A stretch of DNA of 64,000 nucleotides from positions 1 to 64,000 of IMG/VR virus record IMGVR_UViG_3300010354_000079; one strand, 5' to 3'. A model generated the notes under the pieces. It worked only from the letters and a program-made list of their open reading frames with translations, made no database searches and was not told where the DNA came from. Source of the stretch: a virus. Positions 63,229 to 64,000 of this stretch are shown here, piece by piece; position 1 is the first letter of the stretch, and each line of letters opens with the position of its first letter. The position numbers and the translations under genes were made by a program.

Positions 63229-63473
63229 TATCCAAACTCGCAAATGTTTGGAGGCGCTCCCTCCTTGTGGAGGCGAATTAGTTCAGCTTCTAGCTCTGGA
63301 GTCCAGCGAGACTGTGAGCGAAGATACCAAACGTCGGTCGCACAGCCTTTTGAGCAATCCAGCTCTTTCGCCAAGTCATCAAAGTATGAATTCATACTTT
63401 CGTAATACTCATTATAAGTTTTATCCTCCTCTGGGTCAGGAACACGAGTCTGGGACAGGGAAGATAGACCCAT
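63228..63473 (-). CDS. hypothetical protein (81 aa)
   Basis: ORF track. Confidence 0.35.
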   Translation of the reverse strand: MGLSSLSQTRVPDPEEDKTYNEYYESMNSYFDDLAKELDCSKGCATDVWYLRSQSRWTPELEAELIRLHKEGAPPNICEFG

Positions 63474-63498
63474 AGTCTTTGTTTCAGAAAGATGAAAA

Positions 63499-63588
63499 CG
63501 GAAAGTCAGGGATTCGAACCCTGGGGGCCGCTTACGCGACCCAACGGTTTAGCAAACCGTCGCCTTAAACCACTCGGCCAACTTTCCA
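63499..63588 (-). tRNA. tRNA-Ser (anticodon GCU), type II
   Basis: acceptor GGAAAGU/ACUUUCC, anticodon arm ACGGU-UUGCUAA-ACCGU, long variable arm, T-arm CAGGG-UUCGAAU-CCCUG. Confidence 0.7.
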
Positions 63589-63595
63589 AGTTAAA

Positions 63596-63678
63596 CGGAA
63601 GGCACAGGGATCGAACCCGTGAGGCTTTTACACCCGACTGTTTTCAAGACAGCTCCCTCGACCAACCGGACGCCTTCC
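63596..63678 (-). tRNA. tRNA-Ser (anticodon UGA), type II
   Basis: acceptor GGAAGGC/GCCUUCC, anticodon arm GCUGU-CUUGAAA-ACAGU, 16-nt variable arm, T-arm ACGGG-UUCGAUC-CCUGU. Confidence 0.65.
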
Positions 63679-63712
63679 AATCGTTCGATGAAAGTTTACC
63701 CCCCGAAAGGGG

Positions 63713-63904
63713 TTAATTCACCTCCACTTCTTTCATCACGTACGAATCGTATTTCAACACATCACCGTCATCATCCACGTATTCACCCTTAACTAACGAC
63801 TCTCCGTACTTAATTCCGTCTTCATAGTTGAAGAACACTTTACCCGAGAATTCCACGTAATCTCCTTCGTAATCCATCGATCCCACAACCATCCACACTT
63901 TCAT
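63713..63904 (-). CDS. hypothetical protein (63 aa)
   Basis: AAGGAAGG SD 4 nt upstream; preceded by 6-codon leaderless mini-ORF from cassette E19. Confidence 0.45.
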   Translation of the reverse strand: MKVWMVVGSMDYEGDYVEFSGKVFFNYEDGIKYGESLVKGEYVDDDGDVLKYDSYVMKEVEVN

Positions 63905-63921
63905 TTTCCTTCCTTTTCCAT

Positions 63922-63995
63922 GCTATAACTATAGCGCTTTTCGCGACTGAGGTAAAGGGGGTAAACCGCCCCTGGAGGTAGGGTTAACCGCCCCT
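63922..63995 (-). promoter_or_regulatory. cassette E19 (type B; TATAGT, leaderless mini-ORF)
   Basis: GGGGCGGTTAACCC...GGGGCGGTTTACCCCCTTTACC...TATAGTtatagcATG. Confidence 0.55.
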
Positions 63996-64000
63996 TGCTA

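Noticed and set aside
826-63716. Plus-strand ORF-track entries (e.g. 826..1140, 1788..2381, 17528..18421, 23874..24800, 27686..28633, 32432..32893, 34085..34567, 63492..63716)
   Set aside because: All are antisense to longer, motif-bearing minus-strand genes or to tRNA genes (63492..63716 covers two tRNA-Ser genes). No promoter cassette faces them. Judged to be shadow ORFs.
2310-63995. CRISPR array formed by the reiterated GC-rich repeats
   Set aside because: The copies are 2-10 kb apart and each is tied to a gene start with -35/-10 elements. There are no short regular spacers and no cas genes.

Overview
The window reads as a densely packed virus-like genome segment, most likely a large dsDNA phage of a cyanobacterium-type host. 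Essentially every credible gene lies on the minus strand, often abutting or overlapping by 1-4 nt (ATGA/TAATG junctions); plus-strand entries in the ORF track look like antisense artefacts.

- **Reiterated intergenic cassette.** At least 19 copies, all in the same orientation relative to the genes. Read on the minus strand each is a GC-rich (imperfect) palindrome or direct repeat (GGGCGGGAACCCGCCC, or GGCGGTTAACC...GGGCGGTTTACCCCC), then a -35-like TTTAC/TTTGC, a ~17-nt spacer and a -10-like hexamer (TATAGT/TATAAT/TATGAT). In at least nine cases the ATG sits exactly 6 nt after the hexamer, which implies leaderless mRNAs.
- **Recognisable proteins.** Thymidylate kinase, a FEN/5'-3' exonuclease, a DEDD exonuclease, a SprT-like protease and an HNH endonuclease. 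A TET/JBP-type 2OG-Fe(II) dioxygenase plus a GT-A glycosyltransferase suggest DNA base hypermodification. There are three ATP-dependent RNA ligases (two PF09414-like, one Rnl2-like), a PNK-like P-loop kinase, a HAD phosphatase and three calcineurin-like phosphoesterases. A NadV-Prs pair, an NMNAT-like nucleotidyltransferase, an R-S-ExE ADP-ribosyltransferase and a macro domain protein form an NAD+-centred set. Also present are a Ro60-like TROVE+vWA protein, EF-Ts, an SLH-domain porin, RlpA, a GH104 muramidase, a papain-like protease, a subtilase with RTX-like repeats and an AAA ATPase.
- **RNA genes.** Three canonical tRNAs: Arg-CCU, Ser-GCU and Ser-UGA. One atypical type-II tRNA-like gene. 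A circularly permuted two-piece tmRNA whose tag resembles cyanobacterial tags. A ~1 kb array of eight structured RNA modules immediately downstream of the Ro60-like gene; these look like Y-RNA/YrlA-type or intron-bearing tRNA-like RNAs.
- **Novel protein module.** A conserved N-terminal module (DFTRCVRPDG..YG..GKCRKGTE) heads six proteins, including the ADP-ribosyltransferase and the NMNAT-like enzyme.
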